Source: an uncultured Actinomycetota bacterium
GTDB taxonomy: Bacteria > Actinomycetota > Actinomycetes > JAHEKZ01
Assembly (NCBI GenBank): GCA_963718235.1
Contig: CAVQYR010000001.1
Location: forward strand, 256,001 to 320,000
Reading direction: 5' to 3'
Length of the DNA: 64,000 nt
Positions 1 through 13,371 of this stretch are shown in pieces (positions within the stretch are counted from its first letter, which is position 1; the number at the start of each line of letters is the position of its first letter). The notes beneath the pieces are model-generated. The model made no database searches. It was not told the DNA's origin and saw nothing but the letters and a program-made list of their open reading frames with translations. The position numbers and the translations under genes were made by a program.

Positions 1-4
1 CACC

Positions 5-550
5 TCAGGCGGGCAGCACGACGACACACCGGTCCGGGGCCTCGCCCTCGGACTCCGACCTCAGGCCGGCGGCCGCGACGGCGTCGTGCACCACCTTGCG
101 CTCGAACGCGGTCATCGGTTCCAGCTTGATCGGCGCACCGCTGGACTTCACGGTCTCAGCGGCCACCCGACCCTGCTCGGTCAGCTCGGCCCGCCGGGCC
201 GCCCGGAACCCGTCGATGTCGAGCATCAGCCGGCTGCGGTGCCCGGTCTCGCGCAGCACGGCCAGCCGGGTGAGCTCCTGGAGCGCGTCCAGCACCTGGC
301 CCTCGCTGCCGACCAGCTGACCGAGGTCGCCCCCGACCAGCGAGACCATCGCCCGGTCGCCCTCGACGTCCATGTCGATGTCGCCGTCCAGGTCGGCGAT
401 GTCGAGCAGCCCCTCCAGGTAGTCCGCGGCGATGTCGCCCTCGGTCTCCAGGTCGGGTGGCGACGACGACTGGACCGGGCTCGGCTCCGACGAGTCGGTC
501 GCCGGGCCCTCGGCCAGGTCGGTGTCCGCGGCGTTCGTGGTCTCGGTCAC
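5..550 (-). CDS. jag: Jag/KhpB (EloR) RNA-binding protein, KH + R3H domains
   Basis: KH-like LVGSEGQVLDALQEL and R3H motif ERKVVHD; sits downstream of yidC in the conserved origin-proximal cluster. Confidence 0.93.
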   Translation of the reverse strand: MTETTNAADTDLAEGPATDSSEPSPVQSSSPPDLETEGDIAADYLEGLLDIADLDGDIDMDVEGDRAMVSLVGGDLGQLVGSEGQVLDALQELTRLAVLRETGHRSRLMLDIDGFRAARRAELTEQGRVAAETVKSSGAPIKLEPMTAFERKVVHDAVAAAGLRSESEGEAPDRCVVVLPA

Positions 551-557
551 GGGGCCT

Positions 558-1565
558 TCACTCCTTGGTGGCAGCCGGGGGCTGCTCGTCCGGGTCGTCG
601 GGGATCTGCTCCTCGGGGGGCCCGACCGGGCCCGTCACGTTCTTGCGCTTGCTGCGCGGCTGCCGCTTGGGCTGCTGTCGGGGTGGCTTCGGCGGCTCGG
701 TCAGGACCGTGCCCTCGACCTCCGCCGGTCCGGCACCGCCGGCGGTCTTGCCCTTGGCCTCCCGGCGACGCTGCAGGTCCTCCCAGGCCGCGCTGCCCGG
801 CGCGGGGTTCCGGCGGATCACGTAGAACTGCTGGCCCATGGTCCACAGGTTGGTGGTGAACCAGTAGATGAGCACACCGACCGGGAAGTTGATGCCGAAG
901 AAGGCGAACATGACCGGGTAGACGTACAGCAGGATCTTCATCTGCTGGGCCATCGGGTTGTCCTGGCCGGTCGGCATGTTCTTGACCATCAGCTGGCGCT
1001 GGGTGATGAACGTCGTCGCGCTCATCAGCACGATCAGGATGACGGTGACCACCTTGACCGTCGTCGGGTTGGCGTCGCCCAGGTCTGCGGGACTGGTCAG
1101 GAAGGTGGCGTCCAGCGGTGCCCCGAAGAAGGTGGCCTGGCCGGCCTGGATCGCCAGCTCCTGGGTCATCGCCCCGACCGCCTGGCCCTTCTGCACCCCG
1201 GCGTTCAGCACGTGGAACAAGGCGAAGAAGATCGGCATCTGCAAGATGATCGGCAGACACGAGGCCAGCGGGTTGGTGCCGGTCTCGCGGTAGAGCTTCA
1301 TCAGCTCTTCCTGCTGCTTCTGCTTGTCGTCCTTGTACTTCTTCTGGATCTCCTTGATGTGCGGCTGCAGCACCTGCAGGCCGCGCTGGGCCTTGATCTG
1401 CTTGACGAACAGCGGGATCAGCAGGATCCGGATGACGATCACCAGACCGACGATGGACAACGTCCAGGCCCAGCCCCCGACGTCGGGCAGGAACAGGCTG
1501 AAGAAGCTGTGGAAGGTGACCAGCACCCACGACACGGCGTAGTAGAGCGGGTCGAGCAGGCCCAC
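558..1565 (-). CDS. yidC: Membrane protein insertase YidC
   Basis: [28 protein letters not shown] and GVLIYW motifs; multiple TM segments; synteny. Confidence 0.96.
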   Translation of the reverse strand: MGLLDPLYYAVSWVLVTFHSFFSLFLPDVGGWAWTLSIVGLVIVIRILLIPLFVKQIKAQRGLQVLQPHIKEIQKKYKDDKQKQQEELMKLYRETGTNPLASCLPIILQMPIFFALFHVLNAGVQKGQAVGAMTQELAIQAGQATFFGAPLDATFLTSPADLGDANPTTVKVVTVILIVLMSATTFITQRQLMVKNMPTGQDNPMAQQMKILLYVYPVMFAFFGINFPVGVLIYWFTTNLWTMGQQFYVIRRNPAPGSAAWEDLQRRREAKGKTAGGAGPAEVEGTVLTEPPKPPRQQPKRQPRSKRKNVTGPVGPPEEQIPDDPDEQPPAATKE

Positions 1566-1568
1566 GAG

Positions 1569-1922
1569 TCAGGCTCCTGTCGAGGTCGAGGGTGCAGCCG
1601 GCGACGCTGAGGTCGAGGCTGAGGTCGAATCAGCTGAGCCCGCGCGGGTCGAGCCTTCGGCGCCCGTCCGGACTCCGCGCGGGGCCGGCACGTGGTCGAC
1701 CCCACCCGGTGCCCAGGGGTGGCAGCGGCCGACCCGCCGGACGGCGAGCCACCCGCCCCGGATCGGCCCGTGGCTGCGGATCGCCTGCTCGGCGTAGGAG
1801 GAGCAGGTCGGGTAGTAGCGGCAGGTCTGCGGTGTCCAGGGCGTGATGCAGTTGCGGTAGAACCAGATCAGCCCCAGCGCGAGCATGCGCAGCGGCCAGG
1901 TGACCACCTCGAGCGCGCTCAT
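1569..1922 (-). CDS. yidD: Membrane protein insertion efficiency factor YidD
   Basis: CRYYPTCSSYA...RCHPWAPGGVDHVP signature. Confidence 0.95.
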   Translation of the reverse strand: MSALEVVTWPLRMLALGLIWFYRNCITPWTPQTCRYYPTCSSYAEQAIRSHGPIRGGWLAVRRVGRCHPWAPGGVDHVPAPRGVRTGAEGSTRAGSADSTSASTSASPAAPSTSTGA

Positions 1923-2302
1923 CTGGACGGCACCGCCCTGGCCAGCGCGGCGTCCAGCGCGGCGTCCAGCTCGGCCCCGAGCCGGGCCGACGACGCGCGG
2001 GCGGCCCGAGGAAGCGCCCGCACGACCACCCGTGAGCCCTCGGGCAGCCGGTCCAGCCGCTGGGCCATCTGCGCCCGCAGCCGTCGGGTCACCCGGTGCC
2101 GGACGACCGAGCCGCCCACGTTCTTGCCCACCACGAACCCGACCAGCGTCGCGGCAGGCGGTGACTGCTCCGGCCCGGGCTCGACGCCCTCCGGCGGCAG
2201 CACGTGGTGCAGCACCAGCGAGGCCGACCCCGCACGACGTCCCCGTCGAGTGGTCGAGGTGAAGTCGCGGCTGGTGCGCATCCGGTGAGCGGCTGGCAGC
2301 AC
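1919..2302 (-). CDS. rnpA: Ribonuclease P protein component
   Basis: MLPAAHRMR..DF start, GFVVGKNVGGSVVRHRVTRRLR (RNR-like) motif; between rpmH and yidD. Confidence 0.94.
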   Translation of the reverse strand: MLPAAHRMRTSRDFTSTTRRGRRAGSASLVLHHVLPPEGVEPGPEQSPPAATLVGFVVGKNVGGSVVRHRVTRRLRAQMAQRLDRLPEGSRVVVRALPRAARASSARLGAELDAALDAALARAVPSR

Positions 2303-2309
2303 GAAGCGG

Positions 2310-2447
2310 TCAGGCCGACAGGCGGGTGCGGCCCCTGCGGCGACGGGCCGACAGGATCGAGCGGCCCGCGCGGGTGCGCATCCGCAACCGGAAGCCGTGG
2401 GTCTTGGCCCGGCGCCGGGTGTTCGGCTGGAAGGTGCGCTTGCTCAC
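2310..2447 (-). CDS. rpmH: 50S ribosomal protein L34
   Basis: 45-aa [40 protein letters not shown] from the GTG at 2447. Confidence 0.98.
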   Translation of the reverse strand: MSKRTFQPNTRRRAKTHGFRLRMRTRAGRSILSARRRRGRTRLSA

Positions 2448-2729
2448 GGGGAACGCTCCAGAACTCAGGTCGAGGCGACGGCGGGAGGGCCGGCACCGAC
2501 AGTCGGGCCTCGGGCACCACCGGACGCCGACGACCCGCCGAAGCGGACGCGCAGGCATGCGACAGTGTCCGAAGATCGCCCAGCAGCCACACTGCGGGCG
2601 CCCTACGGTACGAACTGAGGACCTCCCCGGTCAAACCGTGACCCGACTGCCCCCGGAGGAACCAACTTCCCATCGTCCCAGGCGGCGGCGCCCACCCCGG
2701 TCACGACACGCCGGGACGGTGAGGCAGGA

Positions 2730-2841
2730 TGTGGACAACGGCTGGACGGCAGGCGTATCGAGTCGGTAGCGTCCGCCCGGCAAGCGGACCGGTTCAGCGG
2801 ACCACACCGCCTCCACACCTTGTGGACAGCCATGTGGACCA
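2730..2841. promoter_or_regulatory. DnaA boxes in the rpmH-dnaA intergenic region
   Basis: TGTGGACAA at 2730-2738 is a perfect reverse-strand actinobacterial box (TTGTCCACA); near-matches TGTGGACAG 2821-2829 and TGTGGACCA 2833-2841. Confidence 0.8.
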
Positions 2842-2957
2842 GTTGTCTGGACCCGCCACCGGGCGCCACGACCCGTAGCCCCCATGACTCCCCGGGGACG
2901 GCACTGGACGGCACTGGGCAGCACCGAAGAGATGGCGGGCGACGAGATGGTGACACC

Positions 2958-4445
2958 TTGGTAAGCACCGATCCGGACCTCGCAGCGGTCTGGAGCCGGG
3001 CGCTCGACACGCTCGCCCATGAGGTGGGTCCCCAGGCGCAGGCCTTCTTGACCCTGACCCGTCCGGTCGGTGTGGTCGAGGACACCGCGCTGCTGGCGGC
3101 CCCCAACGACTTCACCAAGGAGCTGATCGAGGCTCGGCTGCGGGCCGCGGTGACCGAGGTGCTCAGCCGCGAGCTCGGCCGCGACATCCGGATCGCCGTG
3201 ACCGTCGAGCCGATCCTCGAGTCCGAGGAGTCCGCACCGACCACCCACGAACCAGCTGCAGGTTCCCCGGTCGCTGGCCCGGACGCCGCGCGGTCCCGCA
3301 CGGACACCGCGGGCCAGTCGGTGGTCGGCCGCACTGACGCTGCCCCCCACCGCGACGAGCCCGCGACCCGCCCGGGGTCCGGACAGCCGACCGGTCGGGT
3401 CGACCACGACTCGCGACTGAACCCGAAGTACACGTTCGACACCTTCGTCATCGGTACGAGCAACCGCTTCGCCCATGCCGCATCGGTCGCGGTCGCCGAG
3501 GCGCCGGCCAAGGCCTACAACCCGCTGTTCATCTACGGCGGATCGGGTCTGGGCAAGACTCACCTGTTGCACGCGATCGGGCACTACGCCCGCAGCCTGT
3601 ACCCAGGGACCCGGGTCCGGTACGTGAGCTCGGAGGAGTTCACCAACGACTTCATCAACTCCATCCGTGACGACAAAGCCCAGGCGTTCCAACGCAGATA
3701 CCGTGACGTCGACGTCCTGCTGATCGACGACATCCAGTTCCTCCAGGGCCGGGTTCAGACGCAGGAGGAGTTCTTCCACACGTTCAACACGCTGCACACG
3801 GCCAACCGGCAGATCGTCATCACCTCCGACGTCTCCCCCCAGCAGCTGTCCGGTTTCGAGGACCGGATGCGTACCCGCTTCACCTGGGGCCTGACCACCG
3901 ACGTCCAGCCCCCCGACCTCGAGACCAGGATCGCCATCCTGCGCAAGAAGGCCGCTCAGGAACGGCTGCAGGCTCCGCCCGAGGTGCTGGAGTTCATCGC
4001 GAGCAAGATCGCCACGAACATCCGTGAGCTCGAAGGTGCGCTCATCCGGGTCACCGCCTTCGCCAGCCTGAACCGCCAGCCGGTCGACCTCGCTCTGGCC
4101 GAGATCGTCTTGAAGGACCTCATCCCGGACACCAGCGGCCCCGAGGTCACCGCGGCGCTGATCATGGCGCAGACGGCGGCCTACTTCGGACTCACCATGG
4201 ACGACCTCTGCGGATCGTCCCGCTCCCGGGTGCTAGTGAACGCCCGCCAGATCGCGATGTACCTGTGCCGTGAGCTCACCGACCTGTCCTTGCCCAAGAT
4301 CGGCCAGCAGTTCGGTGGTCGCGACCACACCACTGTCATGCACGCCGACCGCAAGATCCGTCAGCTGATGGCCGAGCGCCGCAGCGTCTACAACCAGGTC
4401 ACCGAGCTCACCAACCGGATCAAGTCCCAGGCCCGTCAGGGCTGA
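2958..4445 (+). CDS. dnaA: Chromosomal replication initiator DnaA
   Basis: [13 protein letters not shown], Walker [17 protein letters not shown] and domain [13 protein letters not shown]; start uncertain (ORF open from 2820, TTG at 2958 chosen). Confidence 0.98.
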   Translation: MVSTDPDLAAVWSRALDTLAHEVGPQAQAFLTLTRPVGVVEDTALLAAPNDFTKELIEARLRAAVTEVLSRELGRDIRIAVTVEPILESEESAPTTHEPAAGSPVAGPDAARSRTDTAGQSVVGRTDAAPHRDEPATRPGSGQPTGRVDHDSRLNPKYTFDTFVIGTSNRFAHAASVAVAEAPAKAYNPLFIYGGSGLGKTHLLHAIGHYARSLYPGTRVRYVSSEEFTNDFINSIRDDKAQAFQRRYRDVDVLLIDDIQFLQGRVQTQEEFFHTFNTLHTANRQIVITSDVSPQQLSGFEDRMRTRFTWGLTTDVQPPDLETRIAILRKKAAQERLQAPPEVLEFIASKIATNIRELEGALIRVTAFASLNRQPVDLALAEIVLKDLIPDTSGPEVTAALIMAQTAAYFGLTMDDLCGSSRSRVLVNARQIAMYLCRELTDLSLPKIGQQFGGRDHTTVMHADRKIRQLMAERRSVYNQVTELTNRIKSQARQG

Positions 4446-4916
4446 TCTTCGCCGTGTCCGTCCCCGTGTCCGTCCCCGTGTCCGTCAGCGTGTCCCCTCC
4501 TGTGTCGGTTGAGCCGTCCCCGCACCTCCCCGGACACCGTCACGCTGGGTGCACACCCTGGGGACAACGTTGTGGACGGATGCCTGCCCTACGGGGACGA
4601 GCTGGGGACAGCCAGCCCGTCGACGGTGTACAACCCCGACCCGCCGACGGTTGGTCCACACCCGTCCACCGACCTGGCCCCAGCTCGTCACCATCCGTGC
4701 TGCCCCGAACACGCCGCGCTGACCTGGGTGGACGCCGTCTGTCCCCACTGTCCACCGGGCCGACGACGACGACGAATCTCCCTGATGTCCTGATCCCAAC
4801 CCGTCATGATCGGGGTCAGCGCGCACGGCACCACACACCGTGACCGACCGTGAGGCCCCGGTGCACTCGCACGGCCCACCACGTACAGTGACCAACCCGA
4901 TCGGGAGGAGAGTGGC
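4446..4916. other. Replication origin oriC (dnaA-dnaN intergenic)
   Basis: Non-coding gap with degenerate DnaA boxes (TGGGGACAA 4559-4567, TGTGGACGG 4571-4579, CTGTCCCCA 4739-4747, CTGTCCACC 4748-4756) followed by a trinucleotide run; standard actinobacterial oriC position. Confidence 0.88.
4452..4511 (+). repeat. 12-bp tandem repeat CCGTGTCCGTCC, about 5 decaying copies
   Basis: Units start at 4452, 4464, 4476, 4488 and 4500, read directly. Confidence 0.85.
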
Positions 4917-6053
4917 GTGAAGTTCCGCGTCGAACGTGACGTCTTGGCCGACGCCGTCGGCTGGGCGGCCCGCAGTCTGCCGACCCGACCACCGCTGCCG
5001 GTCCTGGCCGGCCTGCTCGTCGAGGCCAGCGACTCGGGTCTGGTCCTGAGCAGCTTTGACTACGAGGTCAGTGCGCGAGTCGAGGTCGACGCGCAGGTGA
5101 GCGACGCCGGGCGGGCCCTCGTGTCCGGGCGACTCCTGGCCGAGATCGTGCGTAGCCTTCCCGACCGGCCGATCGATGTCGTGGTCGAGGACGCCAAGGT
5201 GGTGGTCACCTGCGGCTCGTCCCGGTTCGCCCTGCTGACCCTGCCGGTGGAGGACTACCCGACTCTGCCCGACCTGCCAGCGGCAGCCGGCACGTTGCCC
5301 GGGGCCGACTTCGCGGCGGCGGTGGCGACGGTGGCGGTGGCCGCCGGCCGCGACGACACCCTTCCGGTCCTGACCGGCGTGCGGATGGAGTTCGAGGGCG
5401 ACCAGCTGACCCTCGCCGCCACCGACCGCTACCGGTTGGCCGTGCGCGAGCTGTCCTGGACCCCGCAGCTCACCGACGCCAGCGCGGTCGCGCTCGTCTC
5501 GGCCCGGTCTCTGGCCGAGACGGCTCGCTCGCTCGGTGACGCGGACGCGGTCACCATCGCGTTGGCCGCCGGCGGCTCGGGCGAGGGCCTGATCGGGTTC
5601 GAGGGCTCGGGTGGCGACGGACGCAAGCGCACCACGACGCGGCTGCTGGACGGCGAGTTCCCCAAGTACCGGGCGCTGCTGCCCAGTGAGTCCGAGGCGG
5701 TGGCCACGCTGGAGACCGCAGCGTTCACCGAGTCGGTCAAGCGGGTGGCGCTCGTGGCCGAGCGGAACACTCCGGTGCGCCTGACCTTCGGTGGCGACGA
5801 GCTGGTGCTCGAAGCCGGCACAGGGGACGAGGCGCAGGCGACCGAGGCGATGGCGGCCGGGTTCGACGGTGAGCCGTTGACCATCGCGTTCAACCCCCAG
5901 TTCCTGCTCGACGGCCTCGGCGCCATCAACGACCCGGTGGCCCAGCTGTCCTTCACCACCGCGACCAAGCCCGCAGTGCTCACCGCCGGGGGCGATGCGT
6001 CGGCCGGGGCGTCGTACCGCTACCTGCTGATGCCGGTGCGCCTGTCCGGCTGA
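4917..6053 (+). CDS. dnaN: DNA polymerase III beta clamp
   Basis: MKFRVERDVLADAV, ATDRYRL, IAFNPQFLLDGL and C-terminal YLLMPVR. Confidence 0.98.
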   Translation: MKFRVERDVLADAVGWAARSLPTRPPLPVLAGLLVEASDSGLVLSSFDYEVSARVEVDAQVSDAGRALVSGRLLAEIVRSLPDRPIDVVVEDAKVVVTCGSSRFALLTLPVEDYPTLPDLPAAAGTLPGADFAAAVATVAVAAGRDDTLPVLTGVRMEFEGDQLTLAATDRYRLAVRELSWTPQLTDASAVALVSARSLAETARSLGDADAVTIALAAGGSGEGLIGFEGSGGDGRKRTTTRLLDGEFPKYRALLPSESEAVATLETAAFTESVKRVALVAERNTPVRLTFGGDELVLEAGTGDEAQATEAMAAGFDGEPLTIAFNPQFLLDGLGAINDPVAQLSFTTATKPAVLTAGGDASAGASYRYLLMPVRLSG

Positions 6054-6064
6054 GCGCCGACACC

Positions 6065-7201
6065 GTGCAGGTCTCCTCCCTCGAGCTGGTCGACTTCCGG
6101 TCCTACCCGCACGTGGTGGTCGAAGCTGCCGGTGGTGTGACGACGTTCATCGGTCGCAACGGCGAGGGCAAGACGAACCTGGTCGAGGCCATGGGCTATC
6201 TCGCGACACTGACGAGCCACCGGGTCGCCACTGACACACCGCTCGTGCGACAGGGGGCCGAACGAGCCGTCGTCCGCGGAGTCGTCGAGCGTGACGGGCG
6301 TCGGCTCACCCTCGAGGTGGAGATCAACCCGGGCCGGAGCAACCGGGCCCGGATCAACCAGTCGGCGCTCCCGCGCGCGCGGGAGATCATCGGGGTGCTG
6401 CGCACGGTGCTCTTCGCCCCTGAGGACCTCGCGCTCGTCCGCGGTGAGCCGGAGGTACGACGTCGGTTCCTCGACGACCTCATGGTGCTTCGCACTCCCC
6501 GGCTGGCGGGGGTCAGGGCCGACTACGACCGCGTGCTGCGGCAGCGCAACGCGTTGCTACGTACCGCGTCCTTGGCCAGACGTGGGTCAGCGCCTGACCT
6601 CGGCGTCCTCGAGGTGTGGGACACCCATCTCACGACGGCCGGCGCCGAGCTGTTGTCCGCACGCAGTGCGCTGCTCGGCGAGCTCGACCCGCATGTCTGC
6701 ACGGCGTATGAGGCGATCGCGTCGGCCGGCGCCGTCGCGTCGCTGTCGTACCAGTCGTCGGTCGCCCGACGGATCGACGACCCGTCGGCGAGCAAGGACC
6801 GAGCCGGATGGCATGAGGCCATGAGCCAGGCACTGGTTCTCGCCCGCCCGGACGAGCTCGACCGAGGGGTGACGTTGGTCGGTCCGCACCGGGACGACGT
6901 CACCCTCACGCTGGGTGACCTCCCGGCCAAGGGGTACGCCTCCCACGGGGAGTCCTGGTCGTTCGCCCTGGCCTTGCGCCTGGCCGCGTTCGAGCTGCTG
7001 CGCGCCGACGGCGACGACCCGGTCCTCGTGCTGGACGACGTGTTCGCCGAGCTGGACTCCGCCCGCCGGGCGAGGTTGGCTGAGCGGGTGGCCGACGCCG
7101 AGCAGGTCTGGGTGACGGCGGCGGTGGTCGATGACGTGCCGGCGCAGCTGCTGGGTGCGCGGTTCACGGTGTCCGGGGGTGAGGTGACCCGTGCCGGATG
7201 A
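6065..7201 (+). CDS. recF: DNA replication/repair protein RecF
   Basis: GRNGEGKTN Walker A, GPHRDD, ASHGE and LDDVFAELD motifs. Confidence 0.97.
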   Translation: MQVSSLELVDFRSYPHVVVEAAGGVTTFIGRNGEGKTNLVEAMGYLATLTSHRVATDTPLVRQGAERAVVRGVVERDGRRLTLEVEINPGRSNRARINQSALPRAREIIGVLRTVLFAPEDLALVRGEPEVRRRFLDDLMVLRTPRLAGVRADYDRVLRQRNALLRTASLARRGSAPDLGVLEVWDTHLTTAGAELLSARSALLGELDPHVCTAYEAIASAGAVASLSYQSSVARRIDDPSASKDRAGWHEAMSQALVLARPDELDRGVTLVGPHRDDVTLTLGDLPAKGYASHGESWSFALALRLAAFELLRADGDDPVLVLDDVFAELDSARRARLAERVADAEQVWVTAAVVDDVPAQLLGARFTVSGGEVTRAG

Positions 7202-7802
7202 CCCGACGGCGCAGCCGGCGCCCCTCGCCCGGTCCGACCCGGCCGGGGCCCCAGTCGAAGGCCCGCCCGCGGCGCCGGTCGAAGGAGGGCAGGTCGACCT
7301 CGCCCGGGCGCTGCTCGCAGCGGCCCGGTCGAGCGCCCGTGAGCGCGGCGCGACCCCTGGCCGGGGGGCGGCCAGCTCCTCAGGTCCCGGGGTGGGGGCC
7401 CGACCCGGCGCGACACCGGGGGCGGTGAGCGGGGCCCATCCCGACGAGCGCGACCCGCAGCCGGTCGGCCGGTCGGTCGACCGGCTGGTCGGCGAGCGCG
7501 GGTGGGAGGTCCCGGTGGCCGTCGGCGGCGTCGAGGGTCGGTGGGCGGAGATCGTGGGGGCCGATGTCGCCGCGCACTGCGTCCCGGAGGGTTTCGACCA
7601 AGGCGTGCTCACCGTGCGGGCCGACTCCAGTGCCTGGGCGACCCAGGTGCGCCTCCTGGCCGCGACCCTGGTGCGCCGGCTGAACGAGGAGCTCGGGGAC
7701 GGAACCGTGCGGGTGGTCAGCGTCCTGGGACCCGACGGCCCTTCGTGGCGCAAGGGCCGACTGCGGGTGCCCGGCCGGGGGCCCCGGGACACCTATGGGT
7801 GA
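7191..7802 (+). CDS. DUF721 / DciA family protein
   Basis: RDPQP...WAEIVG..VAAH..P...LTVRADSSAWATQVR, GPSWRKG...GRGPRDTYG; canonical recF-gyrB position. Confidence 0.9.
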   Translation: MPDDPTAQPAPLARSDPAGAPVEGPPAAPVEGGQVDLARALLAAARSSARERGATPGRGAASSSGPGVGARPGATPGAVSGAHPDERDPQPVGRSVDRLVGERGWEVPVAVGGVEGRWAEIVGADVAAHCVPEGFDQGVLTVRADSSAWATQVRLLAATLVRRLNEELGDGTVRVVSVLGPDGPSWRKGRLRVPGRGPRDTYG

Positions 7803-7980
7803 CCGCGGCTGCAGCCCCGAGGGCCGTACCGACCCCCTGCCCGCGTAGGGGGAGTCACGCCGCCCCACGCCAGATCGGCCACGCCGTCCCCAGACGTGCC
7901 CGAGGGCCGGTTCTGACGGCACGGACCGGTAGGATCAGGGGGTCCCGGCCGCTGCGGCGGCCGTCGTCGTGATCGGTTGA

Positions 7981-10011
<2,031 letters not shown>

Positions 10012-10063
10012 CGCACGACTCGCACGCGTCGATGCCTGCCCACCCGGAAGGAACGCCTAGCCC

Positions 10064-12592
10064 GTGACCGAGACCACGCTCCCGCCCGAGGGCGGCCGCA
10101 TCGAGCCGGTCGAGCTCCAGTCGGAGATGAGCCGCTCGTACCTCGACTATGCGATGAGCGTCATCGTGAGCCGTGCGCTGCCCGACGTGCGAGACGGCCT
10201 CAAACCTGTGCACCGCCGCGTGCTCTACGCCATGTTCGACGGCGGGTACCGCCCCGACCGCGGCTACTCCAAGTGCTCACGGGTCGTGGGCGACGTGATG
10301 GGCCAGTACCACCCGCACGGCGACTCGGCGATCTACGACGCCCTGGTCCGGCTGGCCCAGCCGTGGTCGCTGCGCTACCCGCTGGTCGACGGCAACGGCA
10401 ACTTCGGCTCGCCGGGAAACGACCCGGCTGCGGCCATGCGGTACACCGAGGCCCGGTTGGCCCCCCTGGCCATGGAGATGATGCGCGACATCGACGAGGA
10501 GACCGTCGACTTCTCGCCGAACTACGACGGGCGCGCCCAAGAGCCGGACGTGCTGCCGAGCCGTTACCCCAACCTGCTCGTGAACGGCGCCTCCGGTATC
10601 GCCGTGGGCATGGCGACCAACATCCCTCCGCACAACCTGCGCGAGGTCGCCAGCGGCGTGCAGTGGCTGCTCGAGCACCCCGAGGCGTCGTCGGAGGAGC
10701 TCCTCGACGCGCTGCTGGAGCGAGTGAAGGGACCTGACTTCCCGACGCGCGGACTGATCGTCGGACGCCGCGGGATCGAAGAGGCCTACCGGACCGGCAG
10801 GGGCTCGATCACCATGCGGGCCGTCGTCGAGGTCGAGGAGATCAACAACCGCACTTGCGTGGTGGTGTCCGAGCTGCCCTACCAGGTCAACCCGGACAAC
10901 CTGGCGACGAAGATCGCCGACCTGGTCAAGGACGGCAAGATCGGCGGCATCGCGGACGTCCGCGACGAGGGCAACGAGCGGCTCGGGCAGCGCCTGGTCA
11001 TCGTGCTCAAGCGCGACGCCGTTGCGAAGGTCGTCCTCAACAACCTCTACAAGCACACACAGCTGCAGGACACGTTCGGCTGCAACATGCTCGCGCTGGT
11101 CGACGGCGTTCCGCGCACCCTTCGACTCGACGAGTTCGTCCGCTTCTACGTGACCCACCAGATCGAGGTCATTCGACGGCGCACGACCTATCGGCTGCGC
11201 AAGGCGGAGGAACGCGCTCACATCCTGCGCGGGCTGGTCAAGGCCCTCGACCAGCTCGACGCCGTCATCGCCTTGATCCGCAGCTCACCGAGTGCGGAGG
11301 AGGCGCGGGGCGGACTCATGGCCCTGCTCGACATCGACGAGCTGCAGGCGACCGCGATCCTCGACATGCAGCTGCGTCGCCTGGCTGCCCTCGAGAGGCA
11401 GAGGATCATCGACGACCTGGCCACGATCGAGGCCCAGATCGCCGAGCTGCAGGCGATCCTGGCCAGCGAGAGCCGGCAGCGGGCCATCGTCAGCGAGGAG
11501 CTCGCTGACGTCGCCGACAAGTTCGGCGACGAGCGCCGCACCCAGCTGGTGGCAGCCGACGGCGACATGTCCATGGAGGACCTCATCGCCGAAGAGGACG
11601 TCGTGGTGACCATCACGCGCGACGGGTACGCCAAGCGGACGAAGTCCGACCTGTACCGGGCCCAACGACGCGGTGGCAAGGGAGTGCGCGGGGCCGCGTT
11701 GAAGCTCGATGACATCGTCGAGCACCTGTTCACCACCACGACCCACCACTGGATCCTGTTCTTCACCAACCAGGGCCGGGTCTACCGACTGAAGGCGTAC
11801 GAGCTGCCCGAGGCCGCGCGCGACGCGCGCGGGCAGCACGTGGCCAACCTGCTGGCACTGCAGCCCGACGAGGTGATCGCGCAGGTCGTCGACCTGCGCG
11901 ACTACGAGCAGTCCCCCTACCTGGTGCTCGCCACCCGCAGGGGCATGGTCAAGAAGACCAGGCTGGTCGAGTACGACTCCACACGCAGCGGAGGAGTCAT
12001 CGCGATCAACCTGCGCGACGGCGACGAGGTCATCGCCGCCCTGCTGACCGACCCGGACGACGACCTGCTGCTGGTGTCGCGCAAGGGGCAGTCGGCACGG
12101 TTCCACGCCGACGACGAGACGTTGCGGCCGATGGCCCGGGCCACCCAGGGTGTCATCGGCATGCGGTTCCGGGCCCACGACGAGCTGCTGGCTGCGGCCG
12201 TGGTTCGGGCAGGTGCCTTCGTGGTCACCGTCACCGATGGCGGTTTCGCCAAGAAGACCAGCGTCGATGAGTGGACTCCCAAGGGTCGCGGCATCCTGGG
12301 GGTCAAGGCGATGCGCCTGCAGAGCGAGGAACGGGGAATCCTGGTCGGTGCCCTCGTCGTCGACGAGGCCGACGAGCTCTTCGCGATCAAGGGCAGCGGT
12401 GAGGTCATCCGCACCTCGGTCGACGAGGTGCGGGCCACCGGCCGCGACACGATGGGGGTCACCCTCACCACCGTGGCCGAGGGTGACGCCGTGGTCGCGG
12501 TGACCCGCAACGCGGAGGCCGCTGACGACGCGGAGGCAGGGCCCGATGAGCCGGACGAGGTGCCGGCTCCTGACCCCGGCGGGCCGCGATGA
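10064..12592 (+). CDS. gyrA: DNA gyrase subunit A
   Basis: [22 protein letters not shown], catalytic AAMRYTE and GyrA-box QRRGGKG. Confidence 0.98.
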   Translation: MTETTLPPEGGRIEPVELQSEMSRSYLDYAMSVIVSRALPDVRDGLKPVHRRVLYAMFDGGYRPDRGYSKCSRVVGDVMGQYHPHGDSAIYDALVRLAQPWSLRYPLVDGNGNFGSPGNDPAAAMRYTEARLAPLAMEMMRDIDEETVDFSPNYDGRAQEPDVLPSRYPNLLVNGASGIAVGMATNIPPHNLREVASGVQWLLEHPEASSEELLDALLERVKGPDFPTRGLIVGRRGIEEAYRTGRGSITMRAVVEVEEINNRTCVVVSELPYQVNPDNLATKIADLVKDGKIGGIADVRDEGNERLGQRLVIVLKRDAVAKVVLNNLYKHTQLQDTFGCNMLALVDGVPRTLRLDEFVRFYVTHQIEVIRRRTTYRLRKAEERAHILRGLVKALDQLDAVIALIRSSPSAEEARGGLMALLDIDELQATAILDMQLRRLAALERQRIIDDLATIEAQIAELQAILASESRQRAIVSEELADVADKFGDERRTQLVAADGDMSMEDLIAEEDVVVTITRDGYAKRTKSDLYRAQRRGGKGVRGAALKLDDIVEHLFTTTTHHWILFFTNQGRVYRLKAYELPEAARDARGQHVANLLALQPDEVIAQVVDLRDYEQSPYLVLATRRGMVKKTRLVEYDSTRSGGVIAINLRDGDEVIAALLTDPDDDLLLVSRKGQSARFHADDETLRPMARATQGVIGMRFRAHDELLAAAVVRAGAFVVTVTDGGFAKKTSVDEWTPKGRGILGVKAMRLQSEERGILVGALVVDEADELFAIKGSGEVIRTSVDEVRATGRDTMGVTLTTVAEGDAVVAVTRNAEAADDAEAGPDEPDEVPAPDPGGPR

Positions 12593-13290
12593 GCACGTCG
12601 GGCCAGGGGCGGCCACCCGTCCCCCGACGCACGACGCCGCCGTCAGCGCGACCGACGGCGACGCCCTCGGCGCGACCCACGACGACTCCTGCGGCCCGGC
12701 CGAGCAGCCCGGCCCCGAAGGTGACGCCGGCTCCCAAGGTGACCCCTGACCCGGCCAAGACCCATGGTCCGGGGGCTCCCAAGGTGACCCCTGACCCGGC
12801 CAAGACCCATGGTCCGGCACCCCGGGTCGCGCCGGCTGCTCCGTCGTCCGATCGGCCGGCCTCCCCAAGGGCCAACGCCGACCCGGGAGCCATGCTCGCC
12901 GTCTCGCCGGGAGGCACTCCGGTGCAGCGGGTGCGTCGAGCCCGGCTCACGGTGACGACGCTCGACCCGTGGACGGTGATGCGGATGAGCTTCCTGCTGT
13001 CCGTCGCGGTCGCGGTGATCACGGTGGTGGCCGTGGTGTTGTTGTGGACGCTGCTCGCGGCCGCGGGTGTGTTCACCTCGGTGGAGGGCACCGTCGACGA
13101 CATCGTGGGTGAGGGCGGAGTCGCGATCACCCAGTACTTCGGTCTCGGCCGGATCCTGGCCTACTCGCTGGTCGTCGGTGTGGTCGACATCGTGCTGATC
13201 ACAGCGGTGGCCACCGTGGGCGCCTTCCTGTACAACCTGGCGGCGAGCCTGGTCGGAGGCATCGAGATCACGGTCACCGAGGAGCCGTAG
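12589..13290 (+). CDS. DUF3566 membrane protein with Pro/Ala-rich N-terminus
   Basis: RRARL...[10 protein letters not shown]...[17 protein letters not shown]; conserved position after gyrA. Confidence 0.9.
   Translation: MSTSGQGRPPVPRRTTPPSARPTATPSARPTTTPAARPSSPAPKVTPAPKVTPDPAKTHGPGAPKVTPDPAKTHGPAPRVAPAAPSSDRPASPRANADPGAMLAVSPGGTPVQRVRRARLTVTTLDPWTVMRMSFLLSVAVAVITVVAVVLLWTLLAAAGVFTSVEGTVDDIVGEGGVAITQYFGLGRILAYSLVVGVVDIVLITAVATVGAFLYNLAASLVGGIEITVTEEP
12729..12817 (+). repeat. 45-bp in-frame tandem duplication ([14 protein letters not shown] x2)
   Basis: GGCTCCCAAGGTGACCCCTGACCCGGCCAAGACCCATGGTCCGG at 12729 and 12774. Confidence 0.92.
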
Positions 13291-13371
13291 GGCTCGTCCA
13301 TGCCTGCGACGAAACCGTCCGGCTGCGGTTTGGGTGGGCTTTGCCCGTGGGGTAGCCTTCCGGTCTGCTCG

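Noticed and set aside
10310-10345. Quinolone-resistance variation in the GyrA QRDR
   Set aside because: [10 protein letters not shown] keeps Ser and Asp at the E. coli 83/87-equivalent positions
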